From Octopus sinensis (taxonomy: Eukaryota), in the NCBI RefSeq assembly GCF_006345805.1, contig NW_021832122.1, positions 87,216 through 151,215 on the forward strand: DNA of 64,000 nucleotides, given 5' to 3'. The notes under the pieces were generated by a model. That model was not told the origin of the DNA. It ran no database searches and saw nothing but the letters and a program-made list of their open reading frames with translations. The position numbers and the translations under genes were made by a program. Within the stretch, counting starts at the first letter, position 1, and each line of letters starts with the position of its first letter. This document shows positions 16,690 to 27,963 of the stretch, piece after piece.

Positions 16690-17001
16690 GGTCATCAACA
16701 TTTTCTAGTCACATTCCAGCATTTTTTAGGTCAGTGTGTATAGATAGTTGTGTGTGATCTGCTACGAAAACAGTTGGTTTTTAGAAAGTACAAATCCATT
16801 ATGTCTTTTGAAAAAGTGGCAGGATCCATTCTTAGATCTTATCAAGCATTCCTTATAGTGATCCCCAAGGATTTAGATTTACATGTAGCAAATTCACTTT
16901 GACTCGAAGACAGGTATTTGTCTACTGTAAAAGAGATCATATTCAGGAGAATCAAAGAGAGTACCTTTCGTAAAATCGTTAGAAGGATGATTGGTCTAAA
17001 G
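16690..17001 (-). mobile_element. RTE-like RT fragment, cut off at a hAT insertion
   Basis: VDKYLSSSQSEFATCKS parallels the 5450-5540 fragment (DYLLASQSEFG); many stops. Confidence 0.55.
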
Positions 17002-17830
17002 CAGGGGTCGGCAAAAGCGGGCTCGCGAGCCTTTGGAGGCTCTTTAACTCTTAAGTAGGCTCTTTCAATTTTTAACTATTTTTTTTGTTTTGTTAATAAT
17101 AAAAAATCTTTGCACGTTTAACATTAATTTTTTGTGGTACATCGATATATGCCTAGCAATAAAAAATTAATAAAAAATCGATAATGCGCGACATTTTCAA
17201 TCAAAATGGACTGAAACTTTTGCATTCACGTCTAATTCAGAACAACTACCGAAATGTCTCATTTGCCAGGAAACTTTGAATCAAAATAAAAAGTCAAATT
17301 TAGAGAGACACTTTAACACAAAACACTCAAATTTCGCAAAAAATATCCAATTGGTGATTCGCGAAAGAAAGCTGTCGAAGAACTTGCAAAGAATAATCAG
17401 ATTGAGAATTCCGCTTTTAAATATTGGTATCACAATGCCAGGACTGCAAATATTGCCAGTTTTTTGATAAGCCAAGAGATCGCAAAAAGGGGAAAACCAT
17501 TTACCGATGGCGAATTTATAAAGGCATGTTTCATTAAAACCTCTGAAGAACTTTTTCACGATTTTTCAAATAAGGCAGAAGTCGTGAATAAGATAATGAA
17601 TATACCTTTATCTGCGAAAATAGTAGCCGACAGGACTTTTAAGATGTCTTCGAATGTATCTGTTCAACAAGTTTCGGACATGAAATTGTCTAATTCAATT
17701 TCAATAGCAATAGATGAATCATGTGATATAAATGACATTGGACAAGTATTATTGTTCATGTCACTTCCCGAATTTTTGAATTCGTAGAATTTTTTGCCCT
17801 AAGATGTGCTTCGCAAATATATCATTTAAA
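17002..17830 (+). mobile_element. Truncated hAT (Charlie/SPIN, GTF2IRD2-like) transposon
   Basis: Starts with the TIR CAGGGGTCGGCAA. Translation gives CLICQETL..NKKSNLERHFNTKH, EIAKRGKPFTDGEFIK, IPLSAKIV and SIAIDESCDINDIGQ. No right TIR seen. Confidence 0.85.
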
Positions 17831-18164
17831 ATATTGAGTACTTTACATATCAGTAATGTTGGCGAATGTTTCACATACTATCAATTTACAGACTTTTATT
17901 GTTTTACAGGTTTTGCAGAGCTGTTTGTATCTCCGTCAGCGTTATAGGCTTAGTCAAAAATGTTAAATCATCGACAAATTGAGTTATGTGTTCGTCGATA
18001 CTTCTAAAAAGAAATTAAAAGTATGCGGAAATATTCTCTGCTATTTCTTTTTTCTTGTAAACTAGAGGAGAAGAACTGTGAATTTAAATTCATTTGCAAA
18101 AGAAATCAACCTTCTCCAAAATCGTCAACTCAACTCAGACCAATATTTTGAAAAGAGGAGTCTA

Positions 18165-19375
18165 TAACTATTTTGTTGAACTATTGAACTGTTTATTTTC
18201 TATGTAACAAACTCGTCACTAGATTAAAAGGGGGAGAGAAGAGCCAAACGAAACCAAGGAGACGGAAGAAACAAGTTTGTTTGCTGATTGGGGTCAACTC
18301 TAATGGGACACCAGATGTCCCTTCGATAAAAATAACGACTCCTTGCACCACTATTTATTTAAGTGATGCAACAGTTTTTCAATGGATCGTACCGATCCCT
18401 CCAGCTCTGGGGTTAGCTTGGATTTTAAGTCCAAGCCATGTGCCAGTTTAATGGCATATCTCCGCGTTTTCTCCAAAAGATCAATATGTTTCTTTCCTTC
18501 GCAGCTTCCGAACCATCCTTGAGATCCATAGATCAGGAAGGGTTCTATACACGCAGAGTATACGTATAAGAACGTTTCCGGTTTCAGCTGGAATCGCATC
18601 AGAGCTTTCAACATTTGGGTAGCCTTGTTCTTTCTCTTCCTTATATACATCTTGAATGAACCAGTTGCATCCACAACTATTCCGAGGTATTTAAGATCCT
18701 CCACGGGTTTTATCGCTCCGGTGTTAATACAAACATCAGGTTTCCTTCTCCTTTCACCAATCCAGCAAACAGTGCTTTTTTCAAAAGATAAAGACAAGCC
18801 TTTATCCTGGCACCATTTGCCAATTTTTTCGATATGACTATGGGTTCTTTTCCACGATATTGATTTGCTCATAGAGAAATCCATAATTAAAATATCATCT
18901 GCGTAGATGACCATCTCCATGCTAGGGAGATCCACTTGAGGAATGTCGCACATCACACAGTTAAATAAAAGTGGACTGATGACAGATCCCTGCGGAACTC
19001 CTCTCTTAAGCAAAATTCTCTTCGATAATTGGTTTCCGACCCGTACAAACGATTCTCTTCCCGAGAGGAAACTCTTCATCCAAACTAGGGCTGTCTTTCC
19101 AACGTTAAAATTGTATAAAGTTCGTAATAGCCCAACATGCCAGACGCTATCAAATGCTTTTGATATGTCTAGACATGCAGCCGTAAGATACTCTTTTTTC
19201 TTTGTGCTGTAGATATGGCCTCCTTTAACAGTGAAAAGCAATTTCCAGTGCCCTTGTTCCGCCGAAAACCCCATTGCTCTTTCAAGAGATACTGTTTATC
19301 TTCAATATAAGTTGATAGTCTTTTAAAGACAATTTTTTCCATGATTTTTGAGATAGAACAAGGCCCTTAATTTTT
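18165..19375 (-). mobile_element. 5'-truncated LINE (Jockey/I-group) with RT ORF
   Basis: 307-aa ORF with LDISKAFDSVWH, GVPQGSVISPLLF, YADD and KYLG, followed by a 3' UTR ending in AATAAA and short AGTTCAA-type tail repeats. Confidence 0.92.
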
Positions 19376-19479
19376 AAATTCTATGGAAAATAAAGTTAAT
19401 TGAGGTCCTAAGTTAGTACAGTTTTACTTATGAAAATGAAAAAGCCATTTTTATTTAATAGAATTTACTTATTATGTTA

Positions 19480-20006
19480 TTAATGGCAATAAAATAAGAA
19501 TACAGCAGCATAAACGAAGAACGACTCGTTGTAATATGTCGAACACATCTGAATATCGACTTGAGGGTCACAAAGCATTTTCGGGCTAATAATGACACTC
19601 TGCTGATCGTTTTGCTGACCAACATGTATACTGACGATAATTTTATAGTTTTTAGGAGTGATCTCTTTAATTGCATTTTTGATTCCGTCTGCGGTTTCTA
19701 AAACGAGTACAGACATGTATTTTGGAATGTATTCTATTTTTCCAAAAATTTCCTTGATTTTTGATTCGATAATTTTTTGTCCTTCCTTCTGGTCAAACAT
19801 ATTGTCGATATCTGGAAGTATTTTGTACGTATTTTGGAGTTTTATGATTTTTTGTATATCTTTTCTGGGGGTTCCAGTCTCACTCTTCATTCTCATTGAA
19901 AACATTATGTTTTTGACTGTAGATTTAAGAAATGCTGGCATCTCCTGGGTAATATAGATAGAAAACTCGATTTAGCACATACAAATAAATAATGATTATC
20001 CGTCAT
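19480..20006 (-). CDS. Tctex1-domain dynein light chain, 2 exons
   Basis: KLQNTYKILP...YIPK...ADGIKNAIKEITPKNYKIIVSIHVGQ...LCDPQVD...YYNESFFVYAAVFLFY; first exon MTDNHYLF. Confidence 0.85.
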
Positions 20007-20516
20007 CAATTAGAGCATATTTTCCAAACAGCGGGAATATTCCATGTGAAATTTATCAATTATGGATTGATTTTAATAAAATATCGATTAAATTGTTAAA
20101 GTTCTTAATTATTTCTAAATAACCTACGAGCTTCTTTTAAAAATAGGCGATTTGAGTCCTACAGAATCCTACAGAATAATATCATTTTGAAAATATAATT
20201 TTTTTCGATTTTATAAAATTATTCAATGTTTTTGGGCAAATTTAATCAGCCACTGATAATTATTTTTAGATTCTCAAATTAAAAAAAATACTGTGTATTG
20301 ATGAAACATTTTTTTTTCTTTTTTCTGTAGGATTCTTAAAATTCTTAAAATAAAAAAATTGATATTAAAAACCGCAAACTAATGTTTTTTTATTAATTTA
20401 TTTAAAATATTTTTTTAATATTTCTATTTCACTTTTATTTGAAGTCAATTTTATTTTACTTTAATTTGTTTATAAAAATTAAAAAAATTAAAACCAAGAG
20501 CTTCACATTCTGCGTT

Positions 20517-21770
20517 ATGATCCTCCTCGTGTCATGTTTTTTGAACATTTTTAACGTCTGTTCCGTAAATAGTATGTTTTAAATATCCTAAAGTCTAATC
20601 CTCGCCCATATGGAAGGTATTATTTAGCCGAAGCCTTTTTGTATCGGAATCTCTCTTATTCCAAGTAATCAATCTTATTTATTACTTCTTTTAGTTGGAA
20701 ACTGTCTGGAACTGATGACTATTCAGATGAAAGTTTTTTAAGATTTTACTTTTCTAGTATTTACCATTGAGCAAAAAGAAGGCGGAAATTCAGTTTTGTT
20801 AATAAAGGTCTTTAAATTTGAACCTAATAATTTTAGTCAACTGATAAACCAAGAAAACTTGTAAGAAAACTGGAAACTCCACTTCAATTTAAAAAACATT
20901 TATATTTTCAGTGAGTCCTGTACGGTCAATATAGTGTTGACCTGCAATTTTACCAAAAAAGTGGAAAAATTGGCCCTTTTATGATTCAATTGGTTCAAAA
21001 AGATGCAGTGCCTGCGTTATCTGTGGAATTGGAACTCGAAGAGGGTGATATTCGGTCTCAACTTAAGGTACGCGATAATAAAATAATCAAATAAGATCCG
21101 ACTTGATCTCTATAAGTGTAAGAAAGTAGATGGCAGCTGTTTTGAGACGGTAAACTCGTTAATCTATTTTTAGATATTTGGCAATAGTGAAACAGTTAAG
21201 GAGATTTTGAACATGTATCCTCATCAAATTAGAATCGAAATTCATCATGATTATTATTCCATTTGGATTGATTCAGAAGAACTGGTAAATGGTACAATTT
21301 TTGAATTAACGGGAACGGAAAACAATTTGTCTGGAATTAATAAAATTGTATTCTATTATTTTAAATGTAATAGAACAACATCATGCTGGTTGCTCCAACA
21401 AAATCATCTGATTCCTTTTTAGAAATAGACAATATTTTTTTGACTGACAACCGAAGGTCCCTTACAAATTGGACTAATCAAATAAATTCATTTGAGGACG
21501 AAAGTGTAAGAATTTAGACAAAAATGTATAGATATATGATTTTGTTGTTCGTGCGTATTACATGAATCCTTTTAAATTATTTAAATATTTATTTTTCATC
21601 ACGCTTCCTGGAACTTTGGGATTAGCCTTGCTATTGTGGAAATATTGTTATAAAGTTATTTAAATTAATAATTATTAAAGACTCCACTAATTGAAGACGA
21701 TGTTGAAGATGTTCATGAGTCAAAAGTCGAATCGGAAACTGAGAATACCAGTGTCCATAAACGACGGTGA
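20517..21770 (+). CDS. Calnexin-like type I membrane protein lacking the P-domain, 10 exons
   Basis: Signal peptide, then LVRKLETPLQFKKHLYF, HQIRIEIHHDYYSIWIDSEELVNGTIFE, LEIDNIFLTDNRRSLTNW, a TM segment (YLFFITLPGTLGLALLLW) and an acidic tail ending KRR*. All introns are GT-AG and in frame. Confidence 0.7.
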
Positions 21771-22039
21771 TCCCAACTAGATTTCTAGAATCAATCTAAT
21801 TTCGGCTAATTTAATAAACTAAATATTTTTGGAATAATTTTTTATCTATATCGAAATTTCAAATAAGAGATCGCATTATGATTAAAAATTAAATTATAGA
21901 CCAATTAGATGTTTATGATGACACAAAATTTATTGATTTATAACTCTCAAGTCAAAATAATTTCAATAATGTTGGCGGGGTCCGCTTCGGATGGATGGCT
22001 TCGTTAACTTCCAGTAAATTACAATTATCTCCGTTTGAT

Positions 22040-23270
22040 AAATTTTTAGCCTGTACGATCAATTCTCTCACCATTCAATTTACGGTACCTGGACGACGCG
22101 ACCATTGGCGGCTCTGTGGAATCCATCACCGAGGACCTATCCCGCCTAATCCCTGCTTTGGCAACCTTGGCCTAGAAGTTAACGTGAATAAATCGGAACT
22201 CCTAAACCTAAACTACCCTGAGGCGGATTTTCCGAATGTCAATATGATCATCCAAGACTGCATCACTGGTGCACATATAACCCAGCCATCAGAAGCAACC
22301 TTTCTTTGATGCCCTCTCGGACCAGCAGGTCTCCGAAATCATCTAGTCAACAAAGACCGCGAATTCTACCGCCTTACTAAAAGACTGCTGATGCTTGACT
22401 CACATAATGCCTTTTTTCTGCTGAAATACAGCCTTCACATGCCAAGATTCCTTTTCACTCTACGTTGCCTACCATGCTTCTCTCAGCCTGATATCTTGAA
22501 TTCCCTGGATTCTTATTTGAGATCCACAGCCAAATCAATTCTCAACGTAAAATTTGATAAAATTGGATGGAGACAAGGAAAACTTCCCGTCAGGTTTGGA
22601 GGTATTAGACTTCGCTCGCCAAAGGATCTGGCCCCGCAAGCATATTTTTCTTCGATGTGCAGCAGCCGTCACCTAGCCAATGAGATTCTACTCTCCTATA
22701 AAGAACTCTCATTGGACTTGCCGGTTGAAGTTTTATCGAATTTCTGGACCTACGCTAATTTACCCCTCCCGTCCGACATTTTCGTGCAACGGAAATGGAA
22801 TGAAATCTGGGCCGCCGACTCGTTTTTGAAGATGAAACCAGAGCTAGACCAACACCGGCTAGCGTGCCTACTCTTACCGGCTTACCGTCAACACTTGAGC
22901 CTGTCGGATTAGACCGTGGTAACGGCAAACGCCCAGACGGAATGACAATCTTTCCTTTTCGGGACGGCAAGTGCCTCGTCTGGGATGCTACGTGCATCGA
23001 TTCTTTCTCTCCATCGGCAATCATGTCATCTGCCACTTCCTCGGGTCCGCTGCGGAAAAGGCTGAGACGGCCAAAATTAGAAAATACCAAGAACTTGGAC
23101 GCCGCTTTATAATCGTACCAATCGCTTTGGAGACATCGGCCGTCGCCGGGCCTCTTACCTCGGCCTTCATCAGCGACATCGGGAGGAAATTGGCCCACAG
23201 GATGAAAGAGCCACTCGAGGTTTCGTGGCTATTGCAGCGGATATCCATCGCTATTCTCCGTGAGTAGTTT
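22040..23270 (+). mobile_element. Decayed CRE-like non-LTR retrotransposon (RT C-terminal part plus restriction-like endonuclease)
   Basis: LGLEVNVNKSEL, GWRQGKLPVRFGGI, GKRPDGMTIFPFRDGKCLVWDATCIDSFS, PIALETSAVAGP, WLLQRISIAILR. Confidence 0.85.
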
Positions 23271-24559
23271 TTAAGAGAACACCGAGGAGTATGATGGTCT
23301 AATCAGGCATGGGATCAAAATCATTGAAGAAGTGGTAAATTATCCTTGTAATTGAACAAAGTTATTCTTATTAAAACAATATGAAAACTAAGGAAAAAAG
23401 TGTCGTAACTTAATTCTTAGAGACAATAAAAGAGTGGCGTTGGTTATCTCTTTTAAAAGGAAGAGATTTAATGTCCAGCGGATTACAAATGAATTAATAA
23501 GTTTTAAATTAACTAGCAAAAATTAGTTTACATTGATTAAAAAAAAAGTTTTTGAAATTAAAAGTTAAACTAATAATTTGAACGTTAGGTTCTTGTCACG
23601 TTAATGCTGACTTGGGAGTCAGAATATATATTCAAGTTACCCATAATTAATCACTTATAGTCTATCTTGGAAAGATGTAGTTCGAGCCTCTTTTTGCAAG
23701 TTTCCAAACCCTTTTTCATCTGTTAACATAGCTTCAATTGACGTACTTGAAAATAAAGTTACATCCAAAGAGGGAAAGTTGGTTTTATTGCGCCATCGTC
23801 TAATACACATGACATATAATATTCCTCGGATTCTCTCTTCCATAGTCTCCTTAAACGCAACTTACATTATTGAGCATTCTGTCTTAGATTTATCAAAAAA
23901 TGAGTTCTCAATGAATTCTAAAAATGTAATTACTATAATTATAAAATAGTTAAATTTACGAGGTATTATTAACGTGGAAGAAAAACTGGTTTACCGCCAG
24001 CATCCTACCAACAAAGACCAGTTAAAATCATATTTTCCTTAATATCTTTAGGACCGTTTTAAATTATGTTTCTTCTGTTAATATCCGTGGAATTCCTTTT
24101 GCTTCTTTTTTTGAAAAATTTGTTTTGGAGAATTTTAAGAAGAACAGTGCTTTAGGTCGAAAAGCTATAACTTGGAGAGTCGAAAACGAGCTTCCCTAGT
24201 GTTTTCGATTTTCTGATATTTAAAATTTATACAAATATAGTTTTTATGTTCTTTTACTAATCAGATCTTCAGAATTATAAATTTTATTAAAAAATAGCCA
24301 CTATAATAAAACAAAAAATCGTAAATGAAGACAGAATATCAATGTAATTATTGGAATTTGAAATAATCCAAATTGGTTGATTTTTTTAATAAAAAAGTTA
24401 TTTGTGTTCGGGAAGAATTGTTTCATCCAGGTGAAATTGGGCATCGTCCCAACCTATCCGGACTGCTGGCAATAAAAAATCTTATTTTTTGTGTATTTCA
24501 ATGCAGAAAACGCGCTACGGCTCTCGATCCAATATAATCTCTCATCTGATCACAATCCC

Positions 24560-24990
24560 GAACTACAATCACCACTGGATATAAAAAAACAAGACATTTA
24601 TCAATTATAGGAATGACAGATGAGATGAATATCAACTACTTGCGACTTTTATCCTTATGTGCCTTTTTTGTTTAACAGTTTTACAAGCATGAACATTTTT
24701 GTCTTATCTTTTTGCTTCACGCTTCAGTTTCTTTGTACTTCAGCGATTTTTGCATTTTCTTTATATTTAGTAATATCTGGTTGCGTAATTTTCAAAATTC
24801 CTCTATGTTTTTAAGGTTGTTGAAGTTTTGTATTCTTAGTCTAAAGTCTTTCTGCTTTTCTGACATATTTTGTTGAATTGGTCACTGCATCCCATATCGT
24901 ATTTGCAGCTTTTGTCGTGACAATATCTTTGAGTACTTCTTGTACTTTTTAATGATTGAATGATTCAAGATTGAAAATTTTTTTTGTTTT
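24560..24990 (-). mobile_element. Probable decayed RTE-like LINE linker fragment
   Basis: Stop-riddled translation (KYKENAKIAE...DKTKMFMLVKLL) resembles the endonuclease-RT linker of RTE elements. Weak match. Confidence 0.3.
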
Positions 24991-25066
24991 CATTCGAATT
25001 TTTTCTGATTCAAAACTATGTCGTTTTGTGACATAGTTGATTAAATTATTTTAAATCTGCGGTTGT

Positions 25067-25539
25067 ATGAATAAATATTTAACTGTGGGGCTCGCTTCTT
25101 CTCTAGCACTAAGTTTATATTTAATTAAAGACAGACTTACTAATTCTGAATCAATTAAAGAAAAAAATTCAAAGTCGAAAGATTCCTTAAAGTGTACTAA
25201 AGTCGTAGAATATTGATTCTCTAGTTCCGCAGTTACAAAATCGACTTCCTTTAATAAATATTTCTGTTTTATTGAATGTTTCTCCAGAAGGTATTTTATT
25301 CTTGAAATAAGCAATTAGTGCCAGGATACTCTTATATCAAAAACCTAGTGGAGTGTATACCGGAAACAGTTTCTAGAATTTCCAGCTTCAGTAAACCTTT
25401 GATTACCCCAATTGCTGAGAAACTAAGGCAGGATGGAATTTTATCGCTAAACGATCTCTGGGATCGGCCGGCCAACGCTGTTCGCGGCCTAATAGCCGCC
25501 GGCTTTCATCATATCATGGAGTCCGGAGCTACTAACTAA
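25067..25539 (+). CDS. Chimeric partial LACTB duplicate with intact spliced ORF (137 aa)
   Basis: 25048-25456 aligns to LACTB 46092-46560 including both introns (25202-25232, 25291-25318). The spliced frame is open from ATG 25067 to TAA 25539. The last ~27 aa come from unrelated GC-rich DNA. Confidence 0.6.
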
Positions 25540-25588
25540 TTAATAAAAATTGGCTTCAGTATTCCCATAAATAATTTAAATCAGGATT

Positions 25589-26047
25589 GTAATTCGTACG
25601 GCTCACTCCTACAGGTAATATTTAATAAATCTGATATTTATCAGTAAACAATAATAAAGCCCATTAATTAACATATTTGCTTTATTTAAAGAAATGAAAA
25701 TAAAAAAGTCCAGGAGGAAAGACGAGCTCGATCTGCGAGCATTGCCAGAGAACGGTTAGGTCCCTGCTAAACGAATAGTTTGTGCGTTGCCGCGCATGAT
25801 TGTAACCAAACTAAGGCAGGCCAATTATTTGATATTGATTTTTGAAATGGCATGAAGATCGAAAACTATAGCGAGAAATGGTCAGAGAGACTAACAGTCA
25901 TATCGCTGTAGAAAAAGAGCTGAGGAGTCAGTTTTTTCACTGTAATAAGACAAGGGAAAACATCGTGGTTAGACAAGTCAGCGGTTTAGTTTCCCAAAAG
26001 AGGGAAAATCTTAATTATTGGATTAGGGTAATTTGACTATGAGTTGC
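25589..26047 (+). ncRNA. Candidate nuclear RNase P RNA (divergent)
   Basis: P1 GUAAUUCG(25589)/UGAGUUGC(26040); P2 ACUCCU(A)CAG(25605)/CUGAGGAGU(25920); CR-I-like GGAAAGACGAG(25716) pairing with UUUGACU(26032) as P4; P7 UCGAUCU/AGAUCGA; P10/11 CAUUGCCA/UGGCAUG enclosing CR-II CAGAGAA, a P12 hairpin and CR-III UGAAA; CR-IV-like AGAAAAAG. The order matches eukaryotic RPR. No covariance model was run. Confidence 0.65.
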
Positions 26048-26528
26048 TTTTATAGTAACAATAGTTCCCTATTATCAAAATAAGATAATAATTTATGGAT
26101 ATTATTCATAAACGACTATTTCATAAAATTTATTTTCATTAATAACACGAGATCCATTTTCCTGGCAGAGAAAAATACCGCAGATAATCTCTGCATGATA
26201 ATTAAGCACCAAACTATTATTATCTGACCGCATACGTATATTTTAATTAATAATTTGTATTCATGCGTTTCAAAATTTTACACATTCAGATCAAAAAAAG
26301 ATTATGTTTAAATCTCAGTAAATTATAACAAATCAGATTTACTTTTTCAAAAAATTTTTCGATTGGTAAATATATAATAAAAAAATACCACTAATTCTTA
26401 TTTGAGTTAAAAAGCTTTTAAAATTTTTAGAAAATACGATTATTGTAGGTTCGAAAAATCCCACTACTATTCCTAGATTTTAAAACTAGAAAAGTTTAAT
26501 TCAGAAATGTAAATTCAGCAATAAATGT

Positions 26529-27806
26529 TCAAGTATTCATATAATCATATATTCGATCGTAATAATCCTCCTTGATTGAACGCCCCGCCATATTCACATC
26601 CACTCCAATTTTCTCAGTACGTCTTGGTACATTTAAAAGCTGTGCCACATTCTTCAAAAAATCAGGATTACATGAAATATCCAAATTATCGAACAAATCA
26701 ATGCTCTCACTGAGCCACATGATATTCTGAGTCGCAGTAGGAGACGAATTTCCATCAATATAAAGAGAAAATAAAGAATTGAGTTGAAAACAAGCAAATT
26801 TTGCCTTTGTCCCGTCCACGAGAATACATTGAGTGACCATTGGGTAAGGAATGTCCAGTCCCTCAAAAGGAAAAAAATTCATGTAATGAGCAGAACTCAG
26901 TGCCTGAGCAAAATTAAGTAAAAGTCCGCGGTGTCCCCAATTTCCGTTTACGTGGTGAAGTGCAAGAAGAGGTGCCATAAATGGATCCCCAATTCTAAAC
27001 CCAGGCAAAATTTCGGGGATTATTGATTTTCTACATATTCCATATCTTCCTGGGGGGATGGACAACGTGGGGAAAATAGATTCTTTGCATAAATCGTCAT
27101 TGATTTGAAGATTTGGGAATATTTCTCGCCTCGATCTGATTTGGCGGTGACATATTTCGTCGATGTAAAACCGACAGAGTCCAGAATTCCGTCTTCCAGA
27201 ACAATTTCCGCTGACTGGACGAGTAAAATGGGTTCTAATATCAACTGAGTCGTCAAATTGCCACAAATCGTCAAATTTTGAATTTTTTATTGCACATCCG
27301 GTAAAATAGTCAAATATAGCTCTAAAAATTACGGCAGAAAGGTCAATTGCAGAAGGAAGACTTCTAAGAGACTTTACATTATAAAAATTCATGAGGAATT
27401 CTAATTTTGAATTTACGGAATTATTCAAATTGGTCAACTCATTTGTGGAAATATCAACGGAGGTGACGTTTGTCGGAAGACCTTTAACAATGTGAGTTCT
27501 TGTCAGATTTTGGAGAACTTCCAAACTGTATTTTTGATGGGATTTTGCATTAAGAATCCAAAAAACTTGTTTTTCATTTCCAGAATAATATTTTAAACGC
27601 TTTTCAAGATTTGGCCTATTTTTTAAATTTTTTCCAAATCTGTGCAAATTCCAAGCTTCGTAATCGGGGAGTTGACCCCATTCACCTGCATTAAAAATAA
27701 AGTTATTACCTGGTGGAAAGCGTAGTACAACTGGCGGATACAGAGATTGAACCTCTGTAATCAAAGAACAAAATGTTCTTTTATAAAACTTGCACATGAA
27801 AAACAT
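26529..27806 (-). CDS. MRPS30: Mitoribosomal protein mS30/mL65, single exon, 425 aa
   Basis: LYPPV near the N-terminus and PYPMVTQCILVDGTKAKFACFQLNSL...NIMWLSESIDLF, which matches the mL65/mL37 C-terminal pattern. Uninterrupted ORF. Confidence 0.7.
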   Translation of the reverse strand: MFFMCKFYKRTFCSLITEVQSLYPPVVLRFPPGNNFIFNAGEWGQLPDYEAWNLHRFGKNLKNRPNLEKRLKYYSGNEKQVFWILNAKSHQKYSLEVLQNLTRTHIVKGLPTNVTSVDISTNELTNLNNSVNSKLEFLMNFYNVKSLRSLPSAIDLSAVIFRAIFDYFTGCAIKNSKFDDLWQFDDSVDIRTHFTRPVSGNCSGRRNSGLCRFYIDEICHRQIRSRREIFPNLQINDDLCKESIFPTLSIPPGRYGICRKSIIPEILPGFRIGDPFMAPLLALHHVNGNWGHRGLLLNFAQALSSAHYMNFFPFEGLDIPYPMVTQCILVDGTKAKFACFQLNSLFSLYIDGNSSPTATQNIMWLSESIDLFDNLDISCNPDFLKNVAQLLNVPRRTEKIGVDVNMAGRSIKEDYYDRIYDYMNT

Positions 27807-27963
27807 TAAATTAAATTTATTTAAAATAAGATAATAAAAATGCTATAAAGTATAAATGCAAATAAAACAAAAAAACCAAATCAAAAAGACGGAAATTTAT
27901 TAAATAAATGAATAATAGAATAACCGTTAATAAGCCATAAATAATAAATAACAATTGCTTGAA

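Noticed and set aside
23655-23843. 62-aa ORF with a faint transposase-like RRWRNKTNFPSL
   Set aside because: Too short to assign a family.
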